A stretch of 64,000 bases of DNA. Origin: Thermoplasmata archaeon (lineage in GTDB: Archaea; Thermoplasmatota; Thermoplasmata; RBG-16-68-12). Location of the stretch: positions 64,040 to 128,039 of the forward strand of contig DASPYU010000017.1 of assembly GCA_035636595.1 (NCBI GenBank), written 5' to 3'. Shown piece by piece: positions 45,611 through 55,815 of the stretch. Both the position numbers and the translations under genes were made by a program. Position 1 is the stretch's first letter, and each line of letters starts with the position of its first letter. The notes below the pieces were generated by a model. That model did not search any database and was not told the origin of the DNA. It worked only from the letters and a program-made list of their open reading frames with translations.

Positions 45611-47905
45611 TTACCGGATGCGCTTCAGGCCTTCCTTGATCCGCGAGAGTTCGCGCTTGCGCCGCTCGAGGTCGGCCTGCGCTTTCGACGCCCGGGCTTC
45701 CATCTCCTTGGCCTTCGCCTCGCGCGCTTTCAGTTCGGCGCGCTCCTGCGTGACTGCGGCACGCTCGGCGACGAGCCGCTCGCGTTGCGCCGCCAATTTG
45801 GCGGCACGATTGTCCAACGTCTTGCGTTGCGTCGCAAGGGATTGTTCGCGTCGCTTCGACGCGGCCTCGAGGCGGGCGGCCACCTTCGGCAACTCCGCTT
45901 CGCGGTCATCGAGCTCGTCCGCTCGTCCCTTCGCGGCCCGCTCCATCGCCTCGGCGTCCTCGGAAAGTTCCTCGACCTCGGCCTCGCGCGCCTCGATCGC
46001 ACTCTCGCGTTTCCGGAGGGATTCCTTCGATCGCGCTTCTTGCGTCGAGACCGCCTCGGAGCGCTTCTCGAGTTGGGCCTCTTGTTTCGCGAGATCCGCT
46101 TCGACGTTCTCCAGACTCGCCTTGCGTGCCTCGAGGTCCTGGAGGTCGGCCAGGATGGCGTCCTCCTGCTCTTCGAGCGTTGCCTTGAGGGACTCGAGCG
46201 AGTCCGACTCCTTGGCGACGATGCGCTCCTTCGCGGTGAGATCCCTCTCCCGGCGCTCCAACTCGGCGCGGCTCGCGCTCGCTTCGCCCTCGATGGACGT
46301 GCGCCGGGCCTTCAGGTCTTCCTCCGCGACCTCGATCGCGTCCGCTCGTTCCGCGACCTTCGCGGACTCCGCGTCGATGGCGCGCTCGCGCTTTCCGCCG
46401 GCGGCTTCTTGGCGCTTCACGGCCGCCTCGCGCTTCGCAAGGTCTCCCTCCAGGGCCTCCACGGCACGCAGCCGTTCTTGCCCTGCCCGTTCGGATTGGA
46501 GGAGTTTCGTGGCCTGGTCCTTCAATCGGTCTCGCGCGCCCGAAAGCTCGGCATCGAGTTGCGTGAGCTGTCGATCGCGACGTTCGGCCTCGTTGCCTTT
46601 CGCCGCGAGTTCTCGCTGGTGGCGTCGGAGGTCCACCTGCCGTTCCCGCGCCTCCCGCTCCTCCGCGGCGACCCGGCGATCCTTTGCGACGAGGTCCTTC
46701 GTCAGCTTCTGCGTGCGCTTCGTCGCGCGCTCGAGTTCGTCGCGTCGATTCTCCAGGCTCGCGTCTTCGGCCTCCAGCGCGTCCCTCCCTTTCGCGATCT
46801 GCGCGGCCTGAGCGAGGAGTTCCGATTCCCGACTGTCCGCTTGCGTCAGCCGATCCGCGAGGCCTTTCTCCCGATTGATGATCGCCGCCTCACGTTCCTC
46901 GACCGAAGCGTCGTGATGACGGAGTTTCTCCTCCCACTCCCGCGCGGACTGCTCGCGGAGGTTCAGCTCCCGCTCCCGTTGCTCCGCCTCCTCGAGCCGC
47001 GCATCGAACGCCTTCCGGGCTTCGGAGATCTTCTCCGTCTCCGCCTGGAGGCTCGCGTACAGGTCGTTCATCTGCTTCCGTTCGCGTTCGACGGAGGCCT
47101 CTTGGTTGCCGAGGGCCGCCTCCCGATCCTGGAGGAAGGCCGCGTTGGCCGCATGTTCCCGCTCGAAGGAGGCCATCCGCGACTCCCGATCGGCGAGCGC
47201 CTTGCGCTGTCCTTCGAGCTCGGCCCGGGCCTTTTCCAAGTCCATCGAGGCGAGCTTTTTCTGGGACTGGACCTCCACATCTTCCGAGGCGCGACGCTCT
47301 TCGAGGCGGCGCATCAAGACGGCGCTCGCCTCCTTGACCGCTTGGAGTTCCGCCCGGAGGGATTCGAGTTCCCGCTGCCGAAGCGCGCTGCGTTCGAATT
47401 CTTGTTCGAGCTCCCACTTGCGGCGGTAGAGTTCCTCCTCGCGCTCGACGAGCTTCTGCTCCTCGCCCCGGTGGATGGCGGCGTCTCGGGTGTACGCCTC
47501 GCGTTCCGCGGCTTCCTCTGCGCTCACGGCCGCGAGGGCTTGATCCGCGTCGCCGATCCCGTCGACGCTCGCGTCGGGGTAGCTGCGTTGCAGCTGGTCG
47601 ATGCTGATCGACGAGTGACCGTAATCGTAGGTGCGGACCTCGAGCTGCGCCTTCTCGCTCGTCGCATCCTTCAGGATCTCCGGCAGCGCCTTGCGCCCGG
47701 CGAGGTCGACGTTCGAACGATGCTCCGCGAGGACGCCCTCGCCGTCTCGCAACACGAGAACGCCTTGGGCCGGCACGTCCCCTCGGAAGACGGACGTCCG
47801 CAACAGCCCGTTGAACTTCATCGCCCGCAAGTCCACGAGGATCGCGCGGATCGTTTCGAGTCCCCCGTCGGCGATTCGCTCCACTCGACCGGGAGGGACC
47901 TCCAT
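45611..47905 (-). CDS. large coiled-coil protein with ~110-aa N-terminal globular domain
   Basis: 764 aa. After the N-terminal domain, about 650 residues are E/R/A/L-rich with heptad periodicity. No TM segments. Confidence 0.5.
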   Translation of the reverse strand: MEVPPGRVERIADGGLETIRAILVDLRAMKFNGLLRTSVFRGDVPAQGVLVLRDGEGVLAEHRSNVDLAGRKALPEILKDATSEKAQLEVRTYDYGHSSISIDQLQRSYPDASVDGIGDADQALAAVSAEEAAEREAYTRDAAIHRGEEQKLVEREEELYRRKWELEQEFERSALRQRELESLRAELQAVKEASAVLMRRLEERRASEDVEVQSQKKLASMDLEKARAELEGQRKALADRESRMASFEREHAANAAFLQDREAALGNQEASVERERKQMNDLYASLQAETEKISEARKAFDARLEEAEQRERELNLREQSAREWEEKLRHHDASVEEREAAIINREKGLADRLTQADSRESELLAQAAQIAKGRDALEAEDASLENRRDELERATKRTQKLTKDLVAKDRRVAAEEREARERQVDLRRHQRELAAKGNEAERRDRQLTQLDAELSGARDRLKDQATKLLQSERAGQERLRAVEALEGDLAKREAAVKRQEAAGGKRERAIDAESAKVAERADAIEVAEEDLKARRTSIEGEASASRAELERRERDLTAKERIVAKESDSLESLKATLEEQEDAILADLQDLEARKASLENVEADLAKQEAQLEKRSEAVSTQEARSKESLRKRESAIEAREAEVEELSEDAEAMERAAKGRADELDDREAELPKVAARLEAASKRREQSLATQRKTLDNRAAKLAAQRERLVAERAAVTQERAELKAREAKAKEMEARASKAQADLERRKRELSRIKEGLKRIR

Positions 47906-48208
47906 GTTGCGTGAACCCAGACTGTTATCACGTTAAGAAACTTACCACGAGATTCTACTCCATGAAACCGGAATGAGGTTTGGATCGCGTGAAGGCAGGA
48001 CCGTGGCATCCTCGATCCGAGTTTGTGGAACGCAACCTTAAACAAGGTTAACTCGCCTGGACCGCGCCAACGACTTTCTAGGCCTGCGCCCTTTGCGCTC
48101 GCGCGTTTGTGATGACAAGAGGGTCAGCCGATTCTTCGTGACGACCCCTATGAGTGCTGAAACGCCATCGGTGCGGCTGCGTTTCGCGGCGCTGCCGCTC
48201 CCTCGACC

Positions 48209-50497
48209 TCACTCGGGGCGGCCGCGTCGCCTTCGACGTACGATCGCGTATCCGGCCAGTCCTGCTACCAAGATGCCGAGGCCAACGCCGACGATCCTGA
48301 AGGGTCCGGATGGGCCGGAGAGGCTCAGGACCGACGTATCGACGACGAACGAGACTTCGACGGTCGCGGTATTCCCCGCACGATCGCGCGCCTCGATCGT
48401 GGCGGTGTGCGGTCCATCGGTGAGTCCGGCGATCCGCACCGACGACGAGCCGATCGCGATGGGAATCTCCGCCCCGCCGTCAATCCGTGCGACGAGCCGA
48501 TCGAGTCCCGACCGCGCATCGGCGGCGCTGACCATGATGTCGACGTCCGATGTCGTGACGACGGCGCCCGACCGCGGGGAGAGAACCGAGACCGTCGGCG
48601 GGGTGGTGTCGACCATGAATGACCCCGTCGCCGCGTAGGCGTTGCCCGCGCTGTCGATCGCGGTGACCACGACGATGTGGCTCCCGTCCTCGACCCCGGT
48701 GAAGGAATACGCGGTGGCGGTCGGACCGAGCGTCGCGACCGGCACACCGTCCAGGGCCACCGTGACGCGATCGAGTCCCGAGCCGGAGTCGCCGGCGGTC
48801 CAGGCGACGTCGACGCGGTCCGTTGTGAGCGGCGCGGTCGGGAGGGCCTTCAGCGAGACGAATGGCGCCACGGTGTCCACGCCGAACGCGACGTCCTGGA
48901 CGGTGGTGAAACCGCCACGGTCCGCGACCTGGAGCCACACGGAGTGGGGTCCGTCGGGAACGCGTGCGAAGACGTATTCGGTCGCCGTCGGGTCGAGGTT
49001 CTGTTCGGGCCCGCCGTCGAGCGAAATCGCGATCTCGCCAACTCCCCAGCCCGCGTCCGAGGCCGTCCAGGCCACACGGACGTCGGCGGTATTCACGAAC
49101 GACCCCGATGCCGGCGACGTGATCGAGACGCGCGGCGCCTCCATATCCACGAGGATCGAGTTCGTGTCGGCCCCGACGTTCCCTCCGCGATCGACGGCGC
49201 GGACCTCGATGTCATGGGGCCCGTTCGAGAGGCCCGAGAGGTTCGTCATCTCCGTCTTCGCCGGGAGGGTTTCGACCGTCTCGCCGTCGAGCCGAACCTC
49301 GAAGTGGTCGAGGCCCAGCCCCACGTCGGACGACTCCCACCGGACTCCCGTCGAGTTAGTCCCGAGGACGGTACCGTCCGTCGGCGCGCGGATCGTCACC
49401 GTCGGCGGGGTGCTGTCGGGGCTCAAGATCAGGTCGCCGTACAGCACGAGCTTCAGGAAATATCCGTACTCCGGCCAGGCGCTGTACCCGTCCGCGGACA
49501 TGTCGTACACGCCGGGCGACGCCTGGCTTCCGCCAAAGAATCCGATCGTGCCGCCGGGCTGGACTTTGATCAGGGCGAAGGGGATCGCCAGCTCGTATAT
49601 GCGGTGGTCGGCCGCGCTGTAGTCGCTCGTGCCGAAACCCCATGCGCCGAAGAGACCCTTGTGATCTGGGAGGGAGCGATCGAAGGGACAATCGTGGAGG
49701 ATCCAGAATTCGAACTCGGACGAGTAGACGAGGTGGGCTTGCTCTCCACAGATGTTGCCCCCGAGGGCGAACTGATCGTCGTGGCCGTCCCTCGGAATCG
49801 CATCGTTGAAGGTGTCGAACCCGATCGCCGCGGTGTCGTACGCATCTCGCGTCACGTCGCCGGTGACGTCGTACGCCACGTAGAGGCGCTCGTTGTCGTC
49901 CTTCACGAAGAGCAGTCCCGGGACGAAGTTCGCGCTGATCGCCGAGAGGTTCTCGATGTGCGCGTCGGCCCATTCACCGGGCGACATCGCCCCGTCGATG
50001 GTCGGCACGGTCGTCGTGAAGGGCGAGCTGATGGCGGGCGGTTCGAAGTCGATTCCGCGGTACGGGCCCGTCGTGTAATTGTCGAAGTCGATAATCTCAA
50101 AGCTGGCCCAGTCGTACAACTCGAGGCGGAGCGTGTACGGCCCGTCGCGGCCGGTCGCCGCCACCCTCGCTCCGCTGACGGTGAGCCGGACCGTATGCGC
50201 GCCCGGATCGAGCTGCGTCCGGTTGAATGAGGGAGAAATGACGAATTCGTACCGATCCTGCATGTATCCCTGGAGATAGTACGTCTTGCCGACATCAACG
50301 GAGATGCTGACGTCGAACACGATGTAGTTCAGCTTGCCGTTTCCGTCCGGATCGATACCGAGGTGCGAGTGGGGAGGGGCAAAGTGCGCGTCCGTGGTCC
50401 CGACCGGCGCGTGGACCGATGAGACAGATTGAACGGTCGGGGCCGCGGTCACCAACGATGACGCGACCAGGATCGCCGCAATCGCGGCGGCCACCAC
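48209..50497 (-). CDS. cell-surface protein with four tandem Ig-like (Big/CARDB-like) repeats and C-terminal TM anchor
   Basis: Signal peptide. Four ~90-aa repeats (DTxPPxVSI.SP..G..V.T.DV.V.W.A.D..SGL....V.LDG). The C-terminus is SGPFRIVGVGLGILVAGLAGYAIV-RRRRRGRPE (PGF-CTERM-like architecture). Confidence 0.6.
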   Translation of the reverse strand: MVAAAIAAILVASSLVTAAPTVQSVSSVHAPVGTTDAHFAPPHSHLGIDPDGNGKLNYIVFDVSISVDVGKTYYLQGYMQDRYEFVISPSFNRTQLDPGAHTVRLTVSGARVAATGRDGPYTLRLELYDWASFEIIDFDNYTTGPYRGIDFEPPAISSPFTTTVPTIDGAMSPGEWADAHIENLSAISANFVPGLLFVKDDNERLYVAYDVTGDVTRDAYDTAAIGFDTFNDAIPRDGHDDQFALGGNICGEQAHLVYSSEFEFWILHDCPFDRSLPDHKGLFGAWGFGTSDYSAADHRIYELAIPFALIKVQPGGTIGFFGGSQASPGVYDMSADGYSAWPEYGYFLKLVLYGDLILSPDSTPPTVTIRAPTDGTVLGTNSTGVRWESSDVGLGLDHFEVRLDGETVETLPAKTEMTNLSGLSNGPHDIEVRAVDRGGNVGADTNSILVDMEAPRVSITSPASGSFVNTADVRVAWTASDAGWGVGEIAISLDGGPEQNLDPTATEYVFARVPDGPHSVWLQVADRGGFTTVQDVAFGVDTVAPFVSLKALPTAPLTTDRVDVAWTAGDSGSGLDRVTVALDGVPVATLGPTATAYSFTGVEDGSHIVVVTAIDSAGNAYAATGSFMVDTTPPTVSVLSPRSGAVVTTSDVDIMVSAADARSGLDRLVARIDGGAEIPIAIGSSSVRIAGLTDGPHTATIEARDRAGNTATVEVSFVVDTSVLSLSGPSGPFRIVGVGLGILVAGLAGYAIVRRRRRGRPE

Positions 50498-50679
50498 GAG
50501 GACACGGGGCTGCGCGGGGTGCTGCCTCCTCCGGGTTCGGAAGGGAGTCTGCCACGATAAAAGCTGCGCCGAATCTCGGGCCGGTCGAGCGGGTACACGT
50601 GCGGACGGAATCAGGGCTGATACGCGGCCCGTAACGGACTTAGGAGGGGACGGGCGTCGGAAGAATTCCCGAGGTCAGC

Positions 50680-52122
50680 ATGGACCGCTCCGTGCGATTC
50701 CGTCCGATCGCGATCGTGATGGCCGCCCTCGTCCTCGCCGGCGTCGCCTCGATCGCTCCGGCGCCTCCGGTCGCGGCGGGGACCGCGGTCATCTTCAGCG
50801 AGGACTTCGAGAGCGGGATAATCTCATCTTCCTGGGAAGTCCGGGACACAAACCCACTGGCCGGACTCGACACCTGGGGGATCTCGGACTACCGCGCGAA
50901 CAGCGGCAACTACAGCGCCTGGTGCGCGGAGGTCGGCACGCAGTCGATCGGCGGCCAGAACAACACGGCCGTCCAGGAGTACGACGACAACATGCAGGCG
51001 GACCTCATCGTCAACCTGAGCGCGAACGGCTTCACGAGCCTCACCCTCTCGTTCTACTATTACTCGCACACGGAGAACGGCGGCGGCGACTGGGTCCAAG
51101 CATGGTATGAGGCCGGTGGCGTGCAGTTCGCGATCTTCAACAACACCGGCGGCACCGGTAACAGATTCGACCTCGCGTCCGTGGCGGTTCCGACGAACGT
51201 CGAGCGCCTCATCATCCGGTTCCACAGCGACGCCGCGAACCACGGGTTCGAGGGCGCATACGTGGATGACATCGTGCTCACGGGATCAGAGAGCGTCCCG
51301 CCGACCTCGAGCGTGTCGGCCTTGGCGACCTTCTCGAATGCCGTGCCGACGATGATCCCCTACACCGCGCAGGACAATGCGAATGCGAGCGGCGTCGCGT
51401 ACGCCGAGCTCTGGTACCGCCCCGGGACCTCCGGGAACTTCACGCTCTACACGACTCCCGCGGATCCATCCGGCCAGTGGATCACACGGTCCATCCCGTT
51501 TGATGCGAGCCTCGCGGCGGGCGACGGATACTACGAGTTCTACACGATCGCGGTCGACCGCGCCGCGAACGTCGAGTCGCCGCCTTCCACCGCAGATGCC
51601 TCGACCACGATCGACACCGTGGCTCCGACGCTCACGATCACCTCCCCCACGGCGGGTGCCCAGATCGACGGGTCTGCGGTTGCGGTGGCATGGAACGCGT
51701 CCGACAGCCTTTCTGGAATCGATCATTTTGAGGTGAGCGTCGATGGCGGCGCGTTCACGAGCACCGGGACGATCGCGTCCGCGTCGATTGGCGACTTGGC
51801 GGCGGGCAACCACACGATCACCGTGCGCGCATACGACCGAGCGGGCAACGTCCGGGAAGCGACGATCGGCGTCGCCCTCCTTGGCGGGGCGGCGTTCCCC
51901 TGGCTCTGGGTTATCCTTGCGATCGCAGTGATCCTCGGACTCCTCCTGTTCTTCGTTTGGTGGAAGCGCCGCAAGGACGAGGAAGAAGAGGCGGCGATTG
52001 CGGCGGCGGGAGCTGTCGAACCCTCAACGCCGTCTGCCAAGGGCGATGCCAACGAGCCGACACCCGATGAGAAATCCAACCCGGACCAAGCACAGGCCAA
52101 GCCACCCGCTTCGCTCCCGTAG
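50680..52122 (+). CDS. cell-surface protein with N-terminal beta-sandwich domain, Ig-like repeats, TM anchor and acidic cytoplasmic tail
   Basis: Signal peptide. The repeats resemble those of 48209-50497 (DTVAPTLTITSPTAGAQIDGSAVAVAWNASDSLSGIDHFEVSVDGG). A single TM segment is followed by a 70-aa E/A/P-rich tail. Confidence 0.6.
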   Translation: MDRSVRFRPIAIVMAALVLAGVASIAPAPPVAAGTAVIFSEDFESGIISSSWEVRDTNPLAGLDTWGISDYRANSGNYSAWCAEVGTQSIGGQNNTAVQEYDDNMQADLIVNLSANGFTSLTLSFYYYSHTENGGGDWVQAWYEAGGVQFAIFNNTGGTGNRFDLASVAVPTNVERLIIRFHSDAANHGFEGAYVDDIVLTGSESVPPTSSVSALATFSNAVPTMIPYTAQDNANASGVAYAELWYRPGTSGNFTLYTTPADPSGQWITRSIPFDASLAAGDGYYEFYTIAVDRAANVESPPSTADASTTIDTVAPTLTITSPTAGAQIDGSAVAVAWNASDSLSGIDHFEVSVDGGAFTSTGTIASASIGDLAAGNHTITVRAYDRAGNVREATIGVALLGGAAFPWLWVILAIAVILGLLLFFVWWKRRKDEEEEAAIAAAGAVEPSTPSAKGDANEPTPDEKSNPDQAQAKPPASLP

Positions 52123-52191
52123 CGGCGCGACCGCTCAACCCAACCGAAAGAGAGAAAGGGGCGGTCCGGCGAGGACCGCCATGTCACGTTC

Positions 52192-54525
52192 CTAGAGGTT
52201 CGGGTTCGTGCCCGTCATCTCGGCGACGAGTTCGCTCGGCATCGCGTCGACGTCGGAAAGTCCACCGTGGAGGTTCCCGTTGAGGCCGCCGTTGCTCCGC
52301 TGGACCCCGACGAACCAAGGTGCCCTCAGGGTCGTGCTGCCGCAACCCGCGACGACGTCGCCGAAGAAGAAGCCCGTCCCGATCGACTGGCCTCCCGAGA
52401 GGGTCACGGTGGCCCAGGCGGTGCCGCCCGACGGAACCGACAGCGTGGCCGGAGACACGGAGACCCAGGTCCCGGACGTCGCGCTCACGACGCTCAAGGC
52501 GCACGTCAGCCCGCTCCCGGTCTCGTCGTGGAACGCGACGGACATCGCACCGTTCACGGGTTTCCCGCCGGTGAAGACGCCGAAGCTCACCGAGGCGGGA
52601 TACAGAGTCGCCGGAGTGTTGTCGGCCGACCAAACGTTGATGCGACCTCCACCGCGGGACAGCGGGCTCGCGAGGGCCGCGCCGTTGCTCGGACTCTTGA
52701 CGGGCCGGTCGGCGTTGTTCACGAGGGCCGACTTCACCTGCGCCGGCGACCAGTCCGGGTGCGCCGCGAGCAGGAGCGCCGCGGAGCCGGTCGTGTGCGG
52801 GGTCGCCATCGAGGTGCCCTGGAAGAACGCGTACGAGGGCGCGTACGTCCCGTCCGGGTTGATCGAGAAGACGCTCGAGAGCACGTTGACGCCCGGCGCG
52901 GTCACGTCCGGTTTGATCAGGAACGTGTACGGCGTCGGCCCGCGGCTCGAGAATCCGGCGAGGTAGTCCGAGTTCGACGTGACGACCTCGACGATCGTGG
53001 TGCCGTCCGCGGTGATCTGCGCTCCGTCGTGGGCCGCCAGCGTCGCTCCGTCCGTGTTCGAGACCATCGCGGCGGGGATCGTCGGGTTGTGCACCCCATC
53101 GGCCCCCATCGAGATTGGGTCGCCGAACACGTTGTTCACGATGATCGCGCCGGCCGCGCCAGCATCCTGCGCGTTCTGGATCTTCGTCCCGAAGGTGCAG
53201 ACGCCGCGGTTGATCACCGCGATCTTTCCCGAGACGTCGTTCGTGATCGCCGTGCAGCCGTTCGCCGGGACCGTGTTCGCGATGTTGCCGGTCATCGCGG
53301 GATCGTAGTTCGCGAACTGTCCGACCGCAGCTCCGACGGTCGTGCCCTGGAGGCCGCCGAACGCCGCGTCGTCGAGCTTCACGGAGATCCCCATGTAGTG
53401 GGGGTCCGTGCTCGCGCCCGCGGTGATGACGTTCGCCGCGGAGCCCGGCGACTCGATGGTCAGGGTCCCGGGTCCGGAGTTACCGGCGGCGACGGCTGCG
53501 ACGACGCCCGCATCCACGGCCGCGTTCAGCGCGTCTGCGAGCATGTCGTGCGGGCCCTGGACGCCTCCGCCGATGCTCAGGTTGATGACGTCCATGCCGT
53601 CGATGACCGCCTGCTCCACCGCCGCCGCGATGTCGTGGCTGAAAGCGCTCCCTTGCAGTATGTAATAGCCGACGCCCATCCCGGGGAACACGTTGTAGTC
53701 GTACAGGGTCACACCGGGAGCGACGCCGCTCAGGAACCCGAGGGTGGTCCCGCTCGCCGGGGCGAGGGCCAGGTTCGTCGATCCGACGTTCACCGGGCCT
53801 TCGATCTTGCAGCCGCCGATGGTTCCCGCGACGTGGGTCCCGTGGTCCGCGACGATCGTCGTCCCGAACGGCAGGCCGCTGAAGTAGGGCCCGCGGTGAA
53901 CGACGGGGTTGTCCGCGCGGCAACTCGCGATGAACGGATGCGTGTCGAGCACCCCGGTGTCCACGACGCCGACCTTGATGTTCGCGAGATTGCCGTAGTC
54001 CGGCGTCCCGGAGAGATCGACGCCGAGCGTCGACCACACGGCGGGCGCATGGATGAGCGGGACCGAGACGTCCATCGAGGGTTGGTAGAGCCAGTCTGGG
54101 GCGACGTCGACCACGCCGGGTGCACCGCGCAAGGTGTCGGGGGCGACGCCGTTCAGCTGGACCGCCATTCCGTTGAAGACGACCGAGTACTCGCGGACGA
54201 CCTCGACCAACGCGACGTTCGTGTGCATCCAAGCGCGGAAGTTCGCGTGGGAGTTGGAGAGGAAGTTGTCATACGCCTGCGCCGCGGGCGACGTCAGATC
54301 GAGATGCTTGCCCGGGTCCGCTTTCGTCTTCAGATACCCGGGGATCCCGCCCGCATATTCGGACACCGACGGGTCCGCGAACTGAATGATCGCGAAGTTC
54401 GGCACTTGGTCCGGGCCCCCACGGTTTCCGCCGCGATCCGCGGCTGCACCGAAGCTCAGGGGCGCGACCAACAGGATCAGTAATCCAATCGCTAGCACGT
54501 ACGGTATCACGCTTCGATTCGACAT
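52192..54525 (-). CDS. secreted subtilisin-like serine protease (peptidase S8) with PA-domain insert and C-terminal beta-rich domains
   Basis: Asp-His-Ser triad motifs VGVVDTGV, HGTHVAGT and GTSMATPH. An N-terminal signal anchor is present. The start is probably the ATG at 54525 (MSNRSVIPYVLAIGLL...). Confidence 0.85.
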   Translation of the reverse strand: MSNRSVIPYVLAIGLLILLVAPLSFGAAADRGGNRGGPDQVPNFAIIQFADPSVSEYAGGIPGYLKTKADPGKHLDLTSPAAQAYDNFLSNSHANFRAWMHTNVALVEVVREYSVVFNGMAVQLNGVAPDTLRGAPGVVDVAPDWLYQPSMDVSVPLIHAPAVWSTLGVDLSGTPDYGNLANIKVGVVDTGVLDTHPFIASCRADNPVVHRGPYFSGLPFGTTIVADHGTHVAGTIGGCKIEGPVNVGSTNLALAPASGTTLGFLSGVAPGVTLYDYNVFPGMGVGYYILQGSAFSHDIAAAVEQAVIDGMDVINLSIGGGVQGPHDMLADALNAAVDAGVVAAVAAGNSGPGTLTIESPGSAANVITAGASTDPHYMGISVKLDDAAFGGLQGTTVGAAVGQFANYDPAMTGNIANTVPANGCTAITNDVSGKIAVINRGVCTFGTKIQNAQDAGAAGAIIVNNVFGDPISMGADGVHNPTIPAAMVSNTDGATLAAHDGAQITADGTTIVEVVTSNSDYLAGFSSRGPTPYTFLIKPDVTAPGVNVLSSVFSINPDGTYAPSYAFFQGTSMATPHTTGSAALLLAAHPDWSPAQVKSALVNNADRPVKSPSNGAALASPLSRGGGRINVWSADNTPATLYPASVSFGVFTGGKPVNGAMSVAFHDETGSGLTCALSVVSATSGTWVSVSPATLSVPSGGTAWATVTLSGGQSIGTGFFFGDVVAGCGSTTLRAPWFVGVQRSNGGLNGNLHGGLSDVDAMPSELVAEMTGTNPNL

Positions 54526-54688
54526 CGAAATGCACTCCTCCAAGATCCCCGACGGAACCCCCGCCGAGCGGTTCCTGATGCGCGTGACCGTAGAAAAAAC
54601 TTGGCCCGCACGGGAGAAACCGCTATCGAATCTGATAGGACGACGCGATGCGAATCCAATTTCGTTTCGTCATCGGGTCGCGCGAGAC

Positions 54689-55210
54689 CTAGGGAGCCGG
54701 TGGTTCCGGATCCGCAATTCGTCGAACCTCGACGACGACGCCGGGTGCACCGTAGTCCTTCGTGGCGGAGATGTCGACAACTTGGCTGTCGTCCGCGAAG
54801 ATGACGTACGTGAGTGAATCTAAGACGCTCCGGCAAAGTTTGTCTAAATCGGGCCTTTTGTCCGGCCATACCCGCCGTCTCTTCGGAGCGGATTTCGGTT
54901 TCGGGATTCCGAAGTGCAATTCAATCCCAACCGGACCTTCCCAGGGCTCATCCGGGGCGAACCGCTGCGCGACGTCGGCCACGATTCGTCGCCAACTCGA
55001 GAGGCCCTTCGCCGTCGAGGTGATCACCGGCTTCCCCTTCACGACGAAGGCCCGAGTGGAGCCCTGCGGGACGGGGAGACCGTGAACTCGGAACGAGATG
55101 AGCGAGTTCGTCCGGACGCCTCCCGAAACCGGGAAGACGGACCGATCGGCCGAGCGCACCGCATGGTCCGTGGGGACCGGATCCTTGCTCTTCGGCATGC
55201 GGGTCGCCAT
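54689..55210 (-). CDS. RusA-like Holliday-junction resolvase (crossover junction endodeoxyribonuclease RusA family)
   Basis: The C-terminal core PDKRPDLDKLCRSVLDSLTYVIFADDSQVVDISATKDYG matches the RusA catalytic Asp cluster (PD-DNL-K...DAL...DD-QV). An N-terminal extension of about 40 aa is present. Confidence 0.55.
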   Translation of the reverse strand: MATRMPKSKDPVPTDHAVRSADRSVFPVSGGVRTNSLISFRVHGLPVPQGSTRAFVVKGKPVITSTAKGLSSWRRIVADVAQRFAPDEPWEGPVGIELHFGIPKPKSAPKRRRVWPDKRPDLDKLCRSVLDSLTYVIFADDSQVVDISATKDYGAPGVVVEVRRIADPEPPAP

Positions 55211-55355
55211 TTCCCATCCTCACCCCCGTGGCGGCGGCGGTGTCTGACGTCCAGCGGACAATGCCTCGCGCGGTATTAACATTTCTCCGGGCTCGGCTCG
55301 CTAACTATCTTCGGCGGGTATTTAGCCGCTTCCCTGGGATCGGTAACTCCGGCGC

Positions 55356-55733
55356 CTACTTGATTGCTGTCCTCGCGCGGTCGATGTTGTCCACGACAAG
55401 CGCGATCTCTGTCCGACCGTTCTTCGACCCGAGGATGTAGATCGAATGGACGTTGATGCTCGCGCGGGCGAGACGCCGGGCGACCTTCGCGAGTTCGCCG
55501 GGTCGATCCATGAGCTCGAGGTTGAGGATGTCGCTGAGCTCGTACTTCATGCCCGCGGTCGCGAGAGCCTTCTCCGTCGTCTGGACGTCCTGCGTCACGA
55601 CCCGCAGGAAGGAGGCATCGTGCTTCGATTCGCTGGCGATCGCCCGGATGTTCACCGCCGCACCGGCGAGCGCCTCCGTCACGCGCGCAAGCTCTCCGGT
55701 TTTGTCGGCCACGAAAACCTTGAACTCTTTCAT
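55356..55733 (-). CDS. tandem ACT-domain protein
   Basis: About 125 aa with two betaalphabetabetaalphabeta-like halves (FKVFVADKTGELARVTEALAG... / LELMDRPGELAKVARRLA...). Confidence 0.6.
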   Translation of the reverse strand: MKEFKVFVADKTGELARVTEALAGAAVNIRAIASESKHDASFLRVVTQDVQTTEKALATAGMKYELSDILNLELMDRPGELAKVARRLARASINVHSIYILGSKNGRTEIALVVDNIDRARTAIK

Positions 55734-55815
55734 CGAACTCCCCACCTAGGCGCGGTGGTGAATCGCTTCCGAGCATAGAAAAGTCTTGCTCACGGCAGGT
55801 GACGACGCGAGCGCG

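Noticed and set aside
44763-46811. 682-aa plus-strand ORF
   Set aside because: It is antisense to the coiled-coil gene and the DUF62 gene. The translation is extreme low-complexity S/A/R. It is an artefact of the GC-rich, codon-biased opposite strand.
52267-54483. 738-aa plus-strand ORF
   Set aside because: It is antisense to the S8 protease gene and has no motifs.
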